The translations under genes and the position numbers were made by a program. Positions 40,401 through 53,719 of a DNA stretch of 64,000 bases are shown here, piece after piece (within the stretch, counting starts at the first letter, position 1; each line of letters opens with the position of its first letter). A model generated the notes under the pieces. That model was not told the DNA's origin. It saw nothing but the letters and a program-made list of their open reading frames with translations, and made no database searches. This DNA is from Octopus vulgaris (Eukaryota): positions 117,366,001 to 117,430,000 of the forward strand of contig OX597816.1 of assembly GCA_951406725.2 (NCBI GenBank), in the 5' to 3' direction.

Positions 40401-41199
40401 TTATTTGATAGGAAAAATCTTTCAGGTAGTAGTGGTAGGGGATTTCCTTTAGGTTTTTGTAAGCAGTGTTCTTAGTTCTTGTGTAAGTAAACCACTCAGA
40501 GATTCTGGGCTTTTGGTTTTGAGTAAAATGGGAATGGTCACTTGTCAGGAGTAAATTACATTTAAGCAGACATTATAGATTTGATGGAACTCCAACCAGT
40601 TAACTGACCTTGATTTGGCAGTGACTGGATGATCCAATGAATACATAAATAGTAAGTTATTGCTGGGTAAAGCTTTGTTTGGGACAGGAGGAACAGATCA
40701 AATATTTTGTGCATCTGTCAGGAATACAGCTATTTGAGGATACTACTTAATTGCATAGGCATCTTACGGTGGCAAACGTGTGTGTGTTTGTGTGAATAAC
40801 TGCACATGTGTACAAGTAAGGATGTCATTGCTTGTGTGGACATGCATATTTTGATCTAGGTGTGTGTACATATATTTTTTTATACTTACATATACATATG
40901 CACTTATTACAAGCTAAAGTTCTGGAATGTTTGACATATTTTAGCAGTTCCATTAATAGTTAATAATTGTAATTTATTAATTAGTTGTGTCTCTTTGGGT
41001 TTTGTGTTAGTACCGAGATAGTTAGTTACATTATCAATCCCTTCCTCCAATTACAGGTATAAATCTAAAATTATAGTCTGAGTGTAGTATATGCAGATTT
41101 TTTATTTGTGAGGTACAGAATTTTTTCTTTTTCTTTTAAAACTATGTTAATTTTTGTTGGACAACTAATTTCATCTACCGTGCGCATTTTTTTTCTCTC

Positions 41200-42330
41200 T
41201 CAGATCATTGTCTGGTCTATTATGTATATATATTACAGAAACATTCCACAGTATTTTTTCATGTTATGGGTGATTATGCATATTACATCACTGTAACTTC
41301 TTATATTATAATGTTCACAGCTATCCTTTCTATGATTTGCATGGTATAATGGTTTGGCTATACCTCATGTAGATATGATGACAATTTTGGACAGCTGCTT
41401 ACAGTATGGGTAACATCTTTTATTTTAATTCTATGGAGTCTGCATTGGTTATCATACCTAGACATTTTTAGTTGCATCTCTATTCTTTTTGAGCCTTGGA
41501 TTACAAAAGTATAATTTTCAACACTCATTGTTGGTCCAAGGTAGACCACTTTGGTTAACAATTGATTACCGTCATTTTGAAGTTTTCTGATAACATAGTC
41601 ATGCAAGACTTTCTGCTGATAATCAGAAAATCATTCATCTGAGAATTTGTAGTTGTAGAACTGTGCCACTTCCTTGTATTTTTAATCTTTGGGTAGGGAG
41701 TATGTTCTAAAGAGCTCTTTTCCAACTCTTGTAATGTTATTTGTCTCATGTATGCATATTAAATCCAGACATGCATTTTGATACTTGGTGGTTAGTAGTT
41801 GTTGATGAAGGAATATTATGTGACATTTGAAGGCTGTTTTATGTTAAGACACTGCCTCCTTTTTTATATATTTAATTTGAGGCAGTTAATTTTCCCACCG
41901 ATGGGAAAATTTCTGGTGGTGGTTTACAGTTTTTGGGTTTTAACATCAATGGGCTGAATCTCCTCTGGTTTCTTAAAGGTTGCCCAAATGTTGGTATGAG
42001 TACTACTTTAGCAAACAAACTGTGGGCCACTGATTTATAGTATACAGAGAATTCTGAAAACAATATATATATATATAACACAGATGTAATTTTTCCTGGT
42101 TATGCTTTTCTTGTTTAAGATCCATCTTAGGATATATGTTTATCCATCCCTAGCTACCTGTAGCGTTCTCCATCAGATATTGGCAAAATAGTCTGGCCAT
42201 TGAAAGAGATGTTACTAGACTGGTTTGTAGTTTTCCATACAATCAGGTAGAAACATTTATCCAGCCAAACTCCATCCCTACATCCTTTGAAAGTGTAATT
42301 AGGTCAAGGCTTTTCTTCATGCCATTCATA
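41200..42330 (-). mobile_element. degraded R4/Dong-like non-LTR retrotransposon
   Basis: VGMEFG-DKC...GERYR*LG near 42130-42290 and CCHC-like DNQCRL...DVTHTVSSCPKLS near 41370-41460. Confidence 0.55.
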
Positions 42331-44617
42331 TTCTAGGTATTTACTTTCAAGTTGTTCACTAAAAAGCTATGTCTTAAGTTGGTGTCTCTGTCCTCCTGTG
42401 AGCCAGTTATGTTCCATTCAGATTTCTGCCACAGGTGCAGCTGTGTGGTAAGAAGTTTGCTTCCCAAGTATGTGGTTCTGGGTTCAGTTCCACTGCATGA
42501 CGCTTCAGGCAAGTGTCTTCTACCATATCCTTTGGCTGAAAGAAACCTGTCATATATATGTGTTTGTGTGTGTTTATATCTGTATGTGTTTGTCCTCCAC
42601 CACTGCTTGATAACCAGTGTTGGTTTGTTTACGTTTCTGTAACTTAGTGGTTTGGCAAAAGAGCCTGATAGAATAAACACTTGAGTCCAGTAACTGAAAC
42701 GAGTGAAAGATAAAAAAAAAAGACATAAGGTCACTGAAAATATAAACAGTATCAGAGAAAGGCTGTCTCTTTGAAATATGTCCCTGAGATACTGTATCCT
42801 ATTTATGACAACTCCATCACTTTTTATTATATTTCAAGATAGTGGCTTAAGTTCTCTGTGGTCTTGATTTTCATTTCTGAAACTTTAGTAATCAGAAATT
42901 TCAATGCTACTTCAGTGTGTGTGGTCTACCACGGTATCTGTATTATATGCAGTAAAGTAACCTGATCTGGGTTAGGACTAGGAACACTTTGAAGATACAG
43001 ATTGAAAATTCAGAAGGCATAGGTATGTTAGTACCGCCTCATGTCTACACAAGAAATGCTGTTCTTCATGAACTTCTGCAGAAAATCATACCTGTATAGT
43101 ATTTTGGGAGTGATAAATATAATTTTCTTATTTTCTTGTTATTTTGGCATTTTTATTTTCTTTCTCACCCTCTAATTAATTTCTCATCAACTTAGGGTAA
43201 CTTTTTCAACCATAACACAGTCATTGTTGACAGCTCAGGTACTCTAGTATATCAATAATATGCTATGGCAGTATATGTGTGCTTTGAAAAATGAGACTGG
43301 TTGAATGACACAATGTGATAGAGAAAGTTTTTCACATTGGTAATAATGGCTTGACGCATGAGCCAAACTTCTGACTGAGGTAAGCTGTTGATGTTAAAAG
43401 CAAGATTGAGAAAGAAATCAGTGATTGTATTGGAAAAATTAATACGTCATTCGGTACCATTTTGCTGTTGTTGAAAGACTTAAGAAACACCTATAAACGG
43501 TAGTTTTTTTTTAGAACTATTATATTTCATAGTTGTGAATGTTAGTCCATTATTAAAACGTTCAAAATAATGTTTTGATTCGATACTTTTATAGTTTCAC
43601 TACTTGCACTTGGTGCACCATAGCTATATTTCTAAATTTTTTATTGGCTGCTACTTATGCTGGTCACAGAAGAATGAAAGTCAAAGTAATTGGGTGAGAT
43701 TTGATCTCAGATGTAACCAACTATACAAGTTATTTTGTTTGACACTCTACTGTTTCTCCTATCCTCTTGTCATTGAATATTTCTGGAAAATGGAAAGAAT
43801 TTCATTTCTAAATGATATTGCACAGAATTATTTCTCAGCAAAAGCTGAGTATCAACATGATCAAGTGATGGTGATACTAACTTTGACCTTTTTAAGAAAG
43901 TATGATAACAATCATGTTTGTATATATTATATAACATTAAGCAATTGGCCTAATGCGCAATATCATAACAAACCTATTGGATCAGAATGTCAGAGGAAGT
44001 TTATCTTCTCATTAATATGGATGTCAAGGAATTGTAAAATCTAAATATTATATGTTTTGCCATGCAGTTAGAATTTAGATAAATAATAACAATGATTTAA
44101 GCAGTAGAACTGTTAACTTCATCCACAACTTATTTGTTGCACTTCACTACATGTAGAAGTTGTTCACTAAATCACTCAAATGTAGAACTTGAATATCATA
44201 ACATAAAGCTCCAACTTTTGTCTTGTTTGAATAAATTTTACTGAAATGGCAATGTGATTTTTATAAGTTGAACAAATTACTGAATTGCTACTGGTATTTC
44301 AAGTCTAAAAGCTCACACGTGCCAATAAGGGTGACTATTTTAAGCTGTAAGTTAGTATTCTAGTGGAACAAGTGTTGGACAAAATAGCTGTATCAAGTTT
44401 TAGGATGATGCAATATTAGAAAAGAAACTACTAACAGAGATTCAAACAGATGTTTAACTAATTGCTATTCAAATATTTGTGTTTATTTTTAGACTAACTA
44501 TTACTGCTTGTTAGTGATTATTTTCAGACCAATTGGTATGGTTAGATGAAGTTAATGCATTTAGTATTTAATTTAAAAACCTTAATGACAAATAGTTTGA
44601 GAAAACCTATGAATGAA

Positions 44618-45877
44618 TTAGGTTGTCCTAGAAATAATGGCCGATTTCAGAAGCATAATTATATTTTGGAAAAATTAACGATAGAAATGTTTTGATTAGT
44701 CAAGTATGAGCCATGAGCATCTATGTATCTCTTCCATTGATCAACGAGATTATTTATGCCTTGTCAATAAAAACTTATTGGCTTTGATGCTAAGAAATCC
44801 TTGAAATCTGATTCCACCTCTGGTTTGAACCTGAAAGTTTTATCACTTAAAAACGTGTTTTATCACTTAAAAACGTGCTTTAAAAAATGGTAGTCAGTAA
44901 AGTCTCGTATCCAAGTCTGTGAGTTTCTGCAGCATCATTCTTGCAACATGTAGCCTTGCATTATCGTGGAGCAGAATCAGACCACGGTGATTCACCAATG
45001 CAGGTCTCAATTTTTGGAAGTGAGCATACATTTCAGTGTGTTGATTGCAGTAAACCTCTGCTGTAATGCTCTGATTGGCTTCTAGAAAGCTGTAATGGAC
45101 AAAACCAATTGCTAACCATCAGACAGTCACCATAATCTCTTGCTGGTGCAACTTTGACTTTGGGAAATGTTTGGGAGACTCATCACGATCAAGCCATTGA
45201 CCTGATCATTTATGGTTGTCATAAAGAATCCACTTTTTGTCACAAGTAACTTTTTGGTCAAGAAAAGGATCATTGGTGTTTGGCAGAAAGAGCATTGAGC
45301 ACACATCAGAATGCCTAACTTTTTGATTTTCATTGAGCTCATGTAGTACCCATATATCAATCATTTTCACCTTACCAATCTTCTGCAGATTGCGTGAAGC
45401 CATTGCAATATCAACACCAAGCGCCTGAGACATTTCTCTGACACTTTGATGTGGGTTTTGTTCAACAATTGCTTTCAATTGTTCATTGTCAAGACTTCAT
45501 GACTGTCCTCTACTTTCTTCATCTTCAAGGCTCTCATCACCACTACAGAATTTCTGAAACTACCTTTGTACTGTGCGATTACTTGTGGACCCCTCTTCCC
45601 ATGCTCTGCTGATATTGGCAGCAGTTTGGGAGGCATTGTGCCCAAGCTTGAACTCTTGCAAAAAAAGTAAACAAAGGTCCTTTTTTGTCATGTTCATAAT
45701 GAAGGGCACCTATGCTTCAAGAATGTTTTCTGTCCGAAATAAGTAGAAAATTATTAAAGAGCATACATCATTTATTAAGTATGTTGAAATTCACCTAAAA
45801 TATAATTAAAATACTATGATAAAATTGCGTTTCAAAACACAACACTTAGAGTGGTTATTATTTTTGGAACAACCTAA
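44618..45877 (-). mobile_element. mariner (DD34D) relic
   Basis: TIRs TTAGGTTGTCC / GGAACAACCTAA; WVLHEL, VTCDKKWILYDN, LLHDNAR. Confidence 0.88.
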
Positions 45878-47183
45878 TAGTTCCAGAGAAGTACAGTTTT
45901 GATGAGGAAGGATTAGATTAAGTGTTGAGTATGAAATCTTTATGGGTTGAAGCAGATGGCAATGTCAGGATGAAACTAGATTGCCATATCATGGATTTGG
46001 ATAGAGAAAACATAGAGCAAAGTCTACAGTAGCTAGAAGATAAGGGTAATAGGACTTGATGGTTGGTCAGTCTTTGTGGATTGGGACAGAATCCACTTAT
46101 CAGGTATGATTACATTTATGTGTAGTCCAGTGTTTAGGAAAGGTATGGCATATAAGACCAAGATATAGGGATAGTACTTAATTTTTAGAGAAATTTTAAA
46201 AAACCCTGTTGGGGTTTATTAAATGCTTCAGGTATGATAAAATACAGTATCTACAAATTTGTGTTCTTATATCAGTGTAAGAAATCTAATGAAATCCTTT
46301 TAGTGTCAGACAAAATGCTTATATTTGTTCCAGCTCTTTATAATCTGAGTTCAGATCTTGGTAGGGTCAACTTAGCCTGTCAGCTTTTTAGAGTCAGAAA
46401 AATAAAGTATTGGTCAAGATATATTCAAGTAACATTCCTATACCCAAATTTGTGGCATAGTAGTTGTATTAGAAATGATTATTTTAATATTTTCTGTTAT
46501 TGAAGACTGTAGATTAGCAGAATCATTAGTGTTGGTCATAATACCTTGCAGTATTTGTTTTGGCTCTTCATGTTTTGAGATCAACTTTGCCTTTTATCTT
46601 TCTGGTGTTGCTTAAAAAACTACATCAGTAAAGTTTTGGGGTTGTTATATCAACTGTTCCCTTCCTCCAAAATTTCTGACCTTGCTTGAAGTTATCAATT
46701 AGCAAAATAATAATTATTTTGTAAACAGGATGTATAGGTATATTCATTAATTTTTATTATGGTATATTTTCTAGCTAATTGTAGAAATATATATAAGTAG
46801 AAGTGAATGTTGTTGTGGTTAACCTCAGCTTTGTTATGATCAAGCAAACCTAAGATCAAAAAAAATTCTGGCTGGGACACTTCTTATAGAGTATAATTTA
46901 AAGGAGATTTTGTTGCTATTTCCAGCAGGTCTAGTGATCACTTAAAAATTCCCTCAATAGTTCAACATTCATCAACTACAAAATGCTTCTATATTTTATG
47001 ACTAAAAGTTAAGGTGGAACTGTTGAAGGAAATCAAATGGTATTGGACTGTATCTTTCTCACCGACTCTTTTGTGAATATGTAGTTACTAATTGTTTGAA
47101 ATGATATACACTATGTGAATTTTAGTTCTTTATTTCTATTTATATGAGAATGCTTTTCAAAAATGTGTTTCTTGTTTTCACAG

Positions 47184-47367
47184 GTACATTTTGGGCATTT
47201 GGGAAATCAACTGGTTGCGATTACATGTTGGTTTTGACTGTAAAGGGTGCAGTGATCTGTGGCTGGTGTATATGCATTGTCATTAGTTTTGGCATTGTTC
47301 TTTTGTTTGATCCTATTGGATATGGCCATACTCGAAGATACCCTTCAGCAAAAGTCTGGGAAGGAAG
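47184..47367 (+). CDS. DAGLB: DAGLB coding exon 3 (TM4)
   Basis: TFWAFGKSTGCDY...IVLLFDPIG...KVWEG; AG/GT, phase 1 to 2. Confidence 0.92.
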
Positions 47368-47943
47368 GTAAGCTTATAATTTATATAATTTTTATAACAC
47401 TTGTTTATGAAACCTTGTGTTCATTATTTTAAAAAAAAATCATTTATATGGTCATGTTTTTAATATTTCTAGTTGAGAGATTCTTCATATTTTTATTCTT
47501 AATTCCATATCTATCAATATAATGGAGAAGTTGAAATGACTTATAGAGATAAAGTTTTGAGCTACGAGTTCATATCCTTGAATTTAAATCTATTGTCAAA
47601 GTTTTGTTATATATGTAGGGTAACTTTACACACTGTAGTTCACCTGATATTAAGTTTTGACTTAGTTTATATGACACCTTATCTGAAAATATTAACTGTA
47701 GTAAACTGGTATCCAGGAGAATTTCTTTTATCTCATCCGCTTAATGCTTATTTTCCATGAAACAATTTTAGTTTGGGATAGAGAACTTTTTTTTGATTAA
47801 GTTAATGTTATTAATCCTTTGCTTGTCAGTCAGTTGTTTTGCTTTATTTTTACAAACAAAATCAACTTGAATAAATAATTTACTTGATATTCTAAACTTA
47901 AATAAATCAGTCATTATAAACTATTTCTTTTGCTTTGTTTTAG

Positions 47944-48034
47944 ATGCAATGTTATTTGTTGTTGTTCTCAAAACAATCCAGAGAGCAAACGAGCATTAAA
48001 TGATGTTGCAAAGTTGTTTGCTACAATATTTCAG
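47944..48034 (+). CDS. DAGLB: DAGLB coding exon 4
   Basis: CNVICCCSQNNPESKRALNDVAKLFATIFQ; phase 2 to 0. Confidence 0.92.
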
Positions 48035-49680
48035 GTAAATATTATTATTATAACAACAAAAAACAAATTAACAAACCAAGTGTTTAATAATTTTTTGTTA
48101 GGAAGATTATTGTGATGGGATTGGAGTATAACTGTGAACTCAGCATCATTTTTAGGTCATGTTTCCATTTCTTATTGCAATTTCTTTTTACTTAATTTAT
48201 TTTCAAGCTGTTTAATTGTTTTTACTATTTATCTTTTTTTAAAGTTAGAGTAATAAAATGGAAGAAATGGTAATGTCAGACTAACTACTTTGTTTAGTTA
48301 CATCTCTTTACAGTGTGGATTCAAATCTCCAAGTGGTTGATCCTACATTTCAACCTTTATGAGTCAATAAAATAGATACCAGCCAGGCACTGGAGTTGAT
48401 TAAATGAATTACACTCCTCTTCAAAATGTATGAATTTGTACCAAAGTTAGAAATCATCATCATCATTTCATCCTCTTCCCATGCTGGCATGGGTTGGATG
48501 GATTGTCATGGTCTTTTTTTATTAGATTGGTGCCCTAGCATGGCTGCAGTCCAATAACTGAAACAAATGAAAGAAAAAAAGAATATGTGCCATTTGATTT
48601 AGTTTCTATGGCTGGATGCCCTTCCTATTGCCAACACTTCACAGAGTGTATTGGGTAAGTTTTCTCTTGGCACCAGCATTAGAGGTAAAATAAAGGGACC
48701 TCAGAACACCATACATCTCTGCTCATTTGCCAACCAAACCCTGGTTACATTTCTGTGGTAGCAGCAATAGAGAGATTGTATTACTCACCTGTCATTCTTG
48801 AGGGAGCATGATTTGTCAGCTTTCCATTGTGGCACCAGTACATGAGGTGTATCTTGCACATCAGATAATGTAGAGAGTATTCAGTATACTAAGATATGTA
48901 GACAAAGAAGAGAAAACAGTTGGGAAGAGCAGTAGTGGGGTGGTAAGAAATGGTAGAGTACTGGATGACTTGGATAGAATAATTTGTCTACACCTTCTTG
49001 TCTAACACATGTACCATAAATCATATTAGTTAAGCAGTAAAATTCTTCATAGAAATAAGGGAAAGTAGCAACCCACAAATCAATAGTTGGTTTTAGAGCT
49101 TTAGGTCTCTCCATGGATTTATAAAGAGTATTATTTTACTTAAATGTTCTTTCAAATCTCTCAACATTCATTCATATTTAGTGAATGTCTTTTTTTAGTA
49201 TCAGGAGATTTTGATTATTGTATAAAGAAAAAAATAAAAGGGAAAAGCATATGGTGGATTGATAGAAGGTGAAAATAGCAGATGGAGTAATTAGTTGAAG
49301 TAAAAAATTAGGTATATAAATTATATACAAGAACTAAATATCACCATATGGCCATATTCTGGATGGCATAAGTTATATCTATTATTCAAGTTAATTGATA
49401 TGTAACAAAGCATTTAAATCACTGTAGAAATGTTAAAATCTTCTATGATAGAGATAATACATTAAATGTTGATTGCATTTCAAAAGCATGCTCATGTCAG
49501 AGATCATATAGATTAAAGTTATTTACTATTTCATTAATATCAAAATGATTCAGAAGTAAAATGAAATCAAAATAGAAACAGCAAATGGATGAAATGCTCA
49601 ATTGTTGTTCATATGCTATTATGTACCTTAGTTCATGTATATCATACATTACATATATATATATATATACATATATATAT

Positions 49681-49885
49681 AAAGTTAATCCAAACATGAA
49701 AACACAAAGAGAAAACACAACAAAGCGAGGACGTGGAACAAGTATAGTGTTATTGGACGCTCAAGAAAGGAAAGAAAGAAGGAGGATTTAATGTTTCGAG
49801 CGGAGCTCTTCGTCAGAAACATAGGAAAAGGAAAGATCCAAGGAAGGGAAGATGGAGGAAAAAAAGTCGCCAACAATATACACGC

Positions 49886-49927
<42 letters not shown>

Positions 49928-50125
49928 TGTGACCTTGTGAATACCACCGGGAATTTTTTTTCCTCTGTCCTCCCGTCTCGGGATCTTTCCTTCTCCTATG
50001 TTTCCGACGAAGAGCTCCGCTCGAAACATCAAACCCTCCTTCTTCCCTTCTTTCTTGAGCGTCCAATAATACTTCATTGTTCCACATCCTTGCGTTGTTG
50101 TCTTTTTGTTTTCTTGTTTGGATTA

Positions 50126-50130
<5 letters not shown>
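49681..50130. mobile_element. inverted pair of about 205-bp Penelope-like hammerhead-bearing elements embedded in (TA)n
   Basis: Arms 49681-49892 (-) and 49929-50130 (+); each has gttt-C(T/C)GACGA-A-GAGC-tcc-GCTC-GAAAC-aT(T/C)-aaa. Confidence 0.75.
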
Positions 50131-50160
<30 letters not shown>

Positions 50161-50165
<5 letters not shown>

Positions 50166-50555
50166 TTATTAAGGTGGCTATTTGCAATTTAAAACCAAAA
50201 GGCAACAAATATAGTCATCATTAAAATGACGAAGGATGCTTGTAAGCACCAGCATTGCTAGAAATAAGAGTCAAAACAACTCTTAGCCACATGAGAGTAC
50301 TTTTCTAATGACTGACAAGAGAGACAGGCTCCCTCCCTACGGCAAGCAAGATGGAGTCATATCACTGCTGATTTTAGATTTAATTAATCTTCATCTGTTG
50401 TCGAGGGTTAAAGAACCTAACTCACCTTTTCAGCCTTATAGAGAACACCATAGGAAACATTGACTGATTTTGAAAATGATGAGGTGAGAATTATAAATTA
50501 TTAAAGTGGCTATTTGCAATTTACAACCGAAAAGCAACAAGTATAGTCATCATTA
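50161..50555. repeat. about 332-bp unit with 63-bp terminal direct repeat, flanked by TA repeats
   Basis: 50161-50223 matches 50493-50555 at about 90%. Confidence 0.7.
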
Positions 50556-51653
50556 TATATATGCTGCTATGAGAATATATAATTAAAATTTTGTTCGATA
50601 ACCTACTATAATAGGTGATAATGCGAAGATGTTCCAGTTGTGACCATCCAGTCAGTATATTACACATATATGGTTTAATATGCTAAAATTGTTTAAATAA
50701 AATTGAATATACAATTTATTTGATAAACATTTCCTTTTATTTTATTAAATTATTTAAAAATCATTTTAAAACATAATATTGCATATCTATAAAAAGTTGT
50801 TTTGAAATAAAAATAAAAATTACTATATCCAAAATGTTTGATGCTGAGAACATAAAAATCCAAGGACCATTTAAAAAAAAATTAATTATCCAAAAATTAG
50901 AGGAGTTTTAAAATATTCATACACATCACATAGCAAAATTAAGTATAGATTTATGTAAGTTCACCATCATTATGAAAATTAAATTAATTTTTTAGGAAAT
51001 ATAAAAATCATAGTTGTGTGACTTCTACAATGTTGACTTCACACCAGGTTCACTTTTATGATTTACACTAGAAAAGTTCAAAGGTCACTTTCAAAGTTAC
51101 ATTTTGTTTTGTTTAGAATTTGGGAACTATTTCAGTGTATTTTATTTGGTAATTTTTATAAATATGACAAAAGTATTTTCTCCATACATCATAATGCTAA
51201 AAGAAAATCATGGAACTGCTTGACTATCTCCACAAATTTGCCCAGACACTGTATCTTATGAGCAGGCTCTATAAATCCTCACTTCCTACATGTTCAAGTC
51301 TTTAGAAAATATATGCCATGGAAGGTGGGACATGCTGTTCTATAGATTTTGCTGTTGAGTTATACAAAGAATATTTGTGTCAAAAGAATAGCATCATTCT
51401 AGAACGAAAGTTGTATGTTTTGGAAAATAAAAGACTTAAAATTTTTTTTACATATGCTTAGAAAATGGCTTGGCAAGAAATGTACTTTGGCTCAGAAAGT
51501 GGAAGGAAATTTCTTGCAGACAGATTTGTTCTTATTTAGGTTGTGATTTCTTGTAACATTAATTTAATAACAAATTACTTCGGTGAGTCTAATAATAATG
51601 TTTTACTGTGTGTCTAAAGAAGGCATTGAAGTTCTATTTTATATGTATTTCAG

Positions 51654-52039
51654 GACCTTGATTTAGTGCCAACTGACATTGCTGCTGGTCTTCTTCTACT
51701 CCAAAGGAGACAGACTCAACGAAAACATTTAGTTGTCAGCAGACCAAGCCAACCATCCAAAAGTCGAAAGTCTAGAGAGGCTGTAAACAGGGAAACAGGT
51801 CGAATTCTTGTTTCTGGTGAAGGTAGTGAAAGTAGTGAATCTAGCCCAACACATGCAAGTTCTATAAATGATGGTGGCTGTCCTGAGTCTATGTCATCTT
51901 CAACTGTATTGCCTAAAGGATGGATGCATTTAGGTGCAATTAAGTATTATATGAAATTTGCCATGGCTATGTATGGCTGGCCACTTTATCTGTTTATAAA
52001 CACTTGTACTGGTGGTCTGCGATTATGTCCCTTCTACAG
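51654..52039 (+). CDS. DAGLB: DAGLB coding exon 5
   Basis: DLDLVPTDIAAGLLLLQ...YYMKFAMAMYGWPLYLF; phase 0 to 2. Confidence 0.95.
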
Positions 52040-53252
52040 GTAAGAAATTATTTAAGAATTTTTTGTTTCCAATAACTTCATTAGTTCTGTGAAAGTAAAT
52101 CAATACTTCAAAAATTTTCTAAACATTATTGAGGAAATCTCATGACTTAAAGATACATTTCATTAAATAAAATACACAACAAAAGCAACATTTGGAATCA
52201 TTATTATTTTTATTATGCTTTGTGGAATTTGATCTGGCTATTTATGTCACAAGTCCAAATTCACCATGTCGGTTTTGCCTTTCATGCCTCAGTCAAGTAC
52301 TAGGGTTCACAATATTGACTAATATTCTCTCTACATTGTTGGCCTTGTACCTAAATTACAAAAATAATCATTAAGAGCAGCGAGCTGTTTTCCTGACTCT
52401 AAAACTTGTCTTTTTTTTTAAAGAAAGGGATCTCTTATCCCATATGGTTTCAAAGGTACAAAGAAAGCCTTTGAAAGTGTGGGTAGTTTATTGACAGTTA
52501 ACAGAACACCATACAAATGTTATAACTTTCAAATTTAAGAGCAGCAGTTGTAAACAAATATGAAGACATATACATGCACATACATATACATCTATTAATC
52601 AATCCACCCATCCATCCATTGTGTCAGTCAGTCTGTCAATTGGACTTTGTTTTTAGTTTTTGTTTATCTTATTCACTCACAAGGCATTGATTGGCCTGAG
52701 GTTATTGTGTGACTAAATCTGAAACCATGTGATTGTGAAGTGAACTTCTCAACAAAGCATGAAACATCTTGCTTAAAATAGTAATACAACAAAGTTCTTA
52801 CACCCCCCTTACTTGCTTTTGTTTTTGAGGCAGGATTGTATTTAACGGTCAGATACTTCTGTTAATGCCAACCATTACCTGTTTTTCAGGTAAGGTCCCT
52901 ATTGCTAGTGATGTCATCATTGAACTTAGCTCTCAGATCCTCTTAGGAGAAATCTAGGTGTGCTCTGTTGTGCCTACTTCTTCATGGATACTTTAAGCTT
53001 GTCTATATCACCAAACTGTTGCCCTTGAAGACTGTCCTTCATTGGATTGAACAAATAGACGCTAGAGGTCATCAGAATCTGGGCTGTCCAGTGGGTAGGA
53101 GACCACTGCACTGATTGCTTGATTTGCTGCCAAGTAATTATGTCAGTTTGATGTCTTTATTATTCTTATTGATAACACTTATTAATTCTGAAATATAAAA
53201 AAGAAAAGGATAGTTTTTATTTTTACATTTGATTTTATTTTTTGTATTGCAG

Positions 53253-53391
53253 ATGTTGTGCCCACTGTAGTAAAGCAGCTGAAGAAGAGCATGTAACTGG
53301 AGACAATTGTTGTTTGTGTAATTTAGCTGCAGTGAAAAAGTTCATTGAATTCACTGATGCTGAAATCATTCATGTTTCTTTCCGTGATGAG
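53253..53391 (+). CDS. DAGLB: DAGLB coding exon 6 (Cys-rich insert)
   Basis: CCAHCSKAAEEEHVTGDNCCLCNLAAVKKF...IHVSFRDE; phase 2 to 0; absent from the ORF track. Confidence 0.93.
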
Positions 53392-53475
53392 GTAAATAAG
53401 GATGAACTTAATATTTCTTGAAGGATTTAACATCTCTTGAACATTTTATCTCTGAATCTTTATTAAAACAATATT

Positions 53476-53691
53476 CTTTTCTACTCTAGGTACAAGGCCT
53501 GAAATTGTTTTTGGAGGGGTGGGCTAGTTGATTAGATCAACCCCAGTATGCAACTGGTACTGAATTTATCGATCCCGAAAGCATGAAAGGCAAAGTTGAC
53601 CTCAGCGGAATTTGAACTCAGAATGTAAAGACAGACGAAATACCACTAAGCATTTCGCCCAGTATGCTAATGCTTCTGCTAGCTCACTGCC
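53476..53691 (-). mobile_element. tRNA-derived SINE with 16-bp TSD
   Basis: TSD TTATTAAAACAATATT at 53460-53475 and 53695-53710. Confidence 0.85.
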
Positions 53692-53719
53692 TTTTTATTA
53701 AAACAATATTACAACTTAG

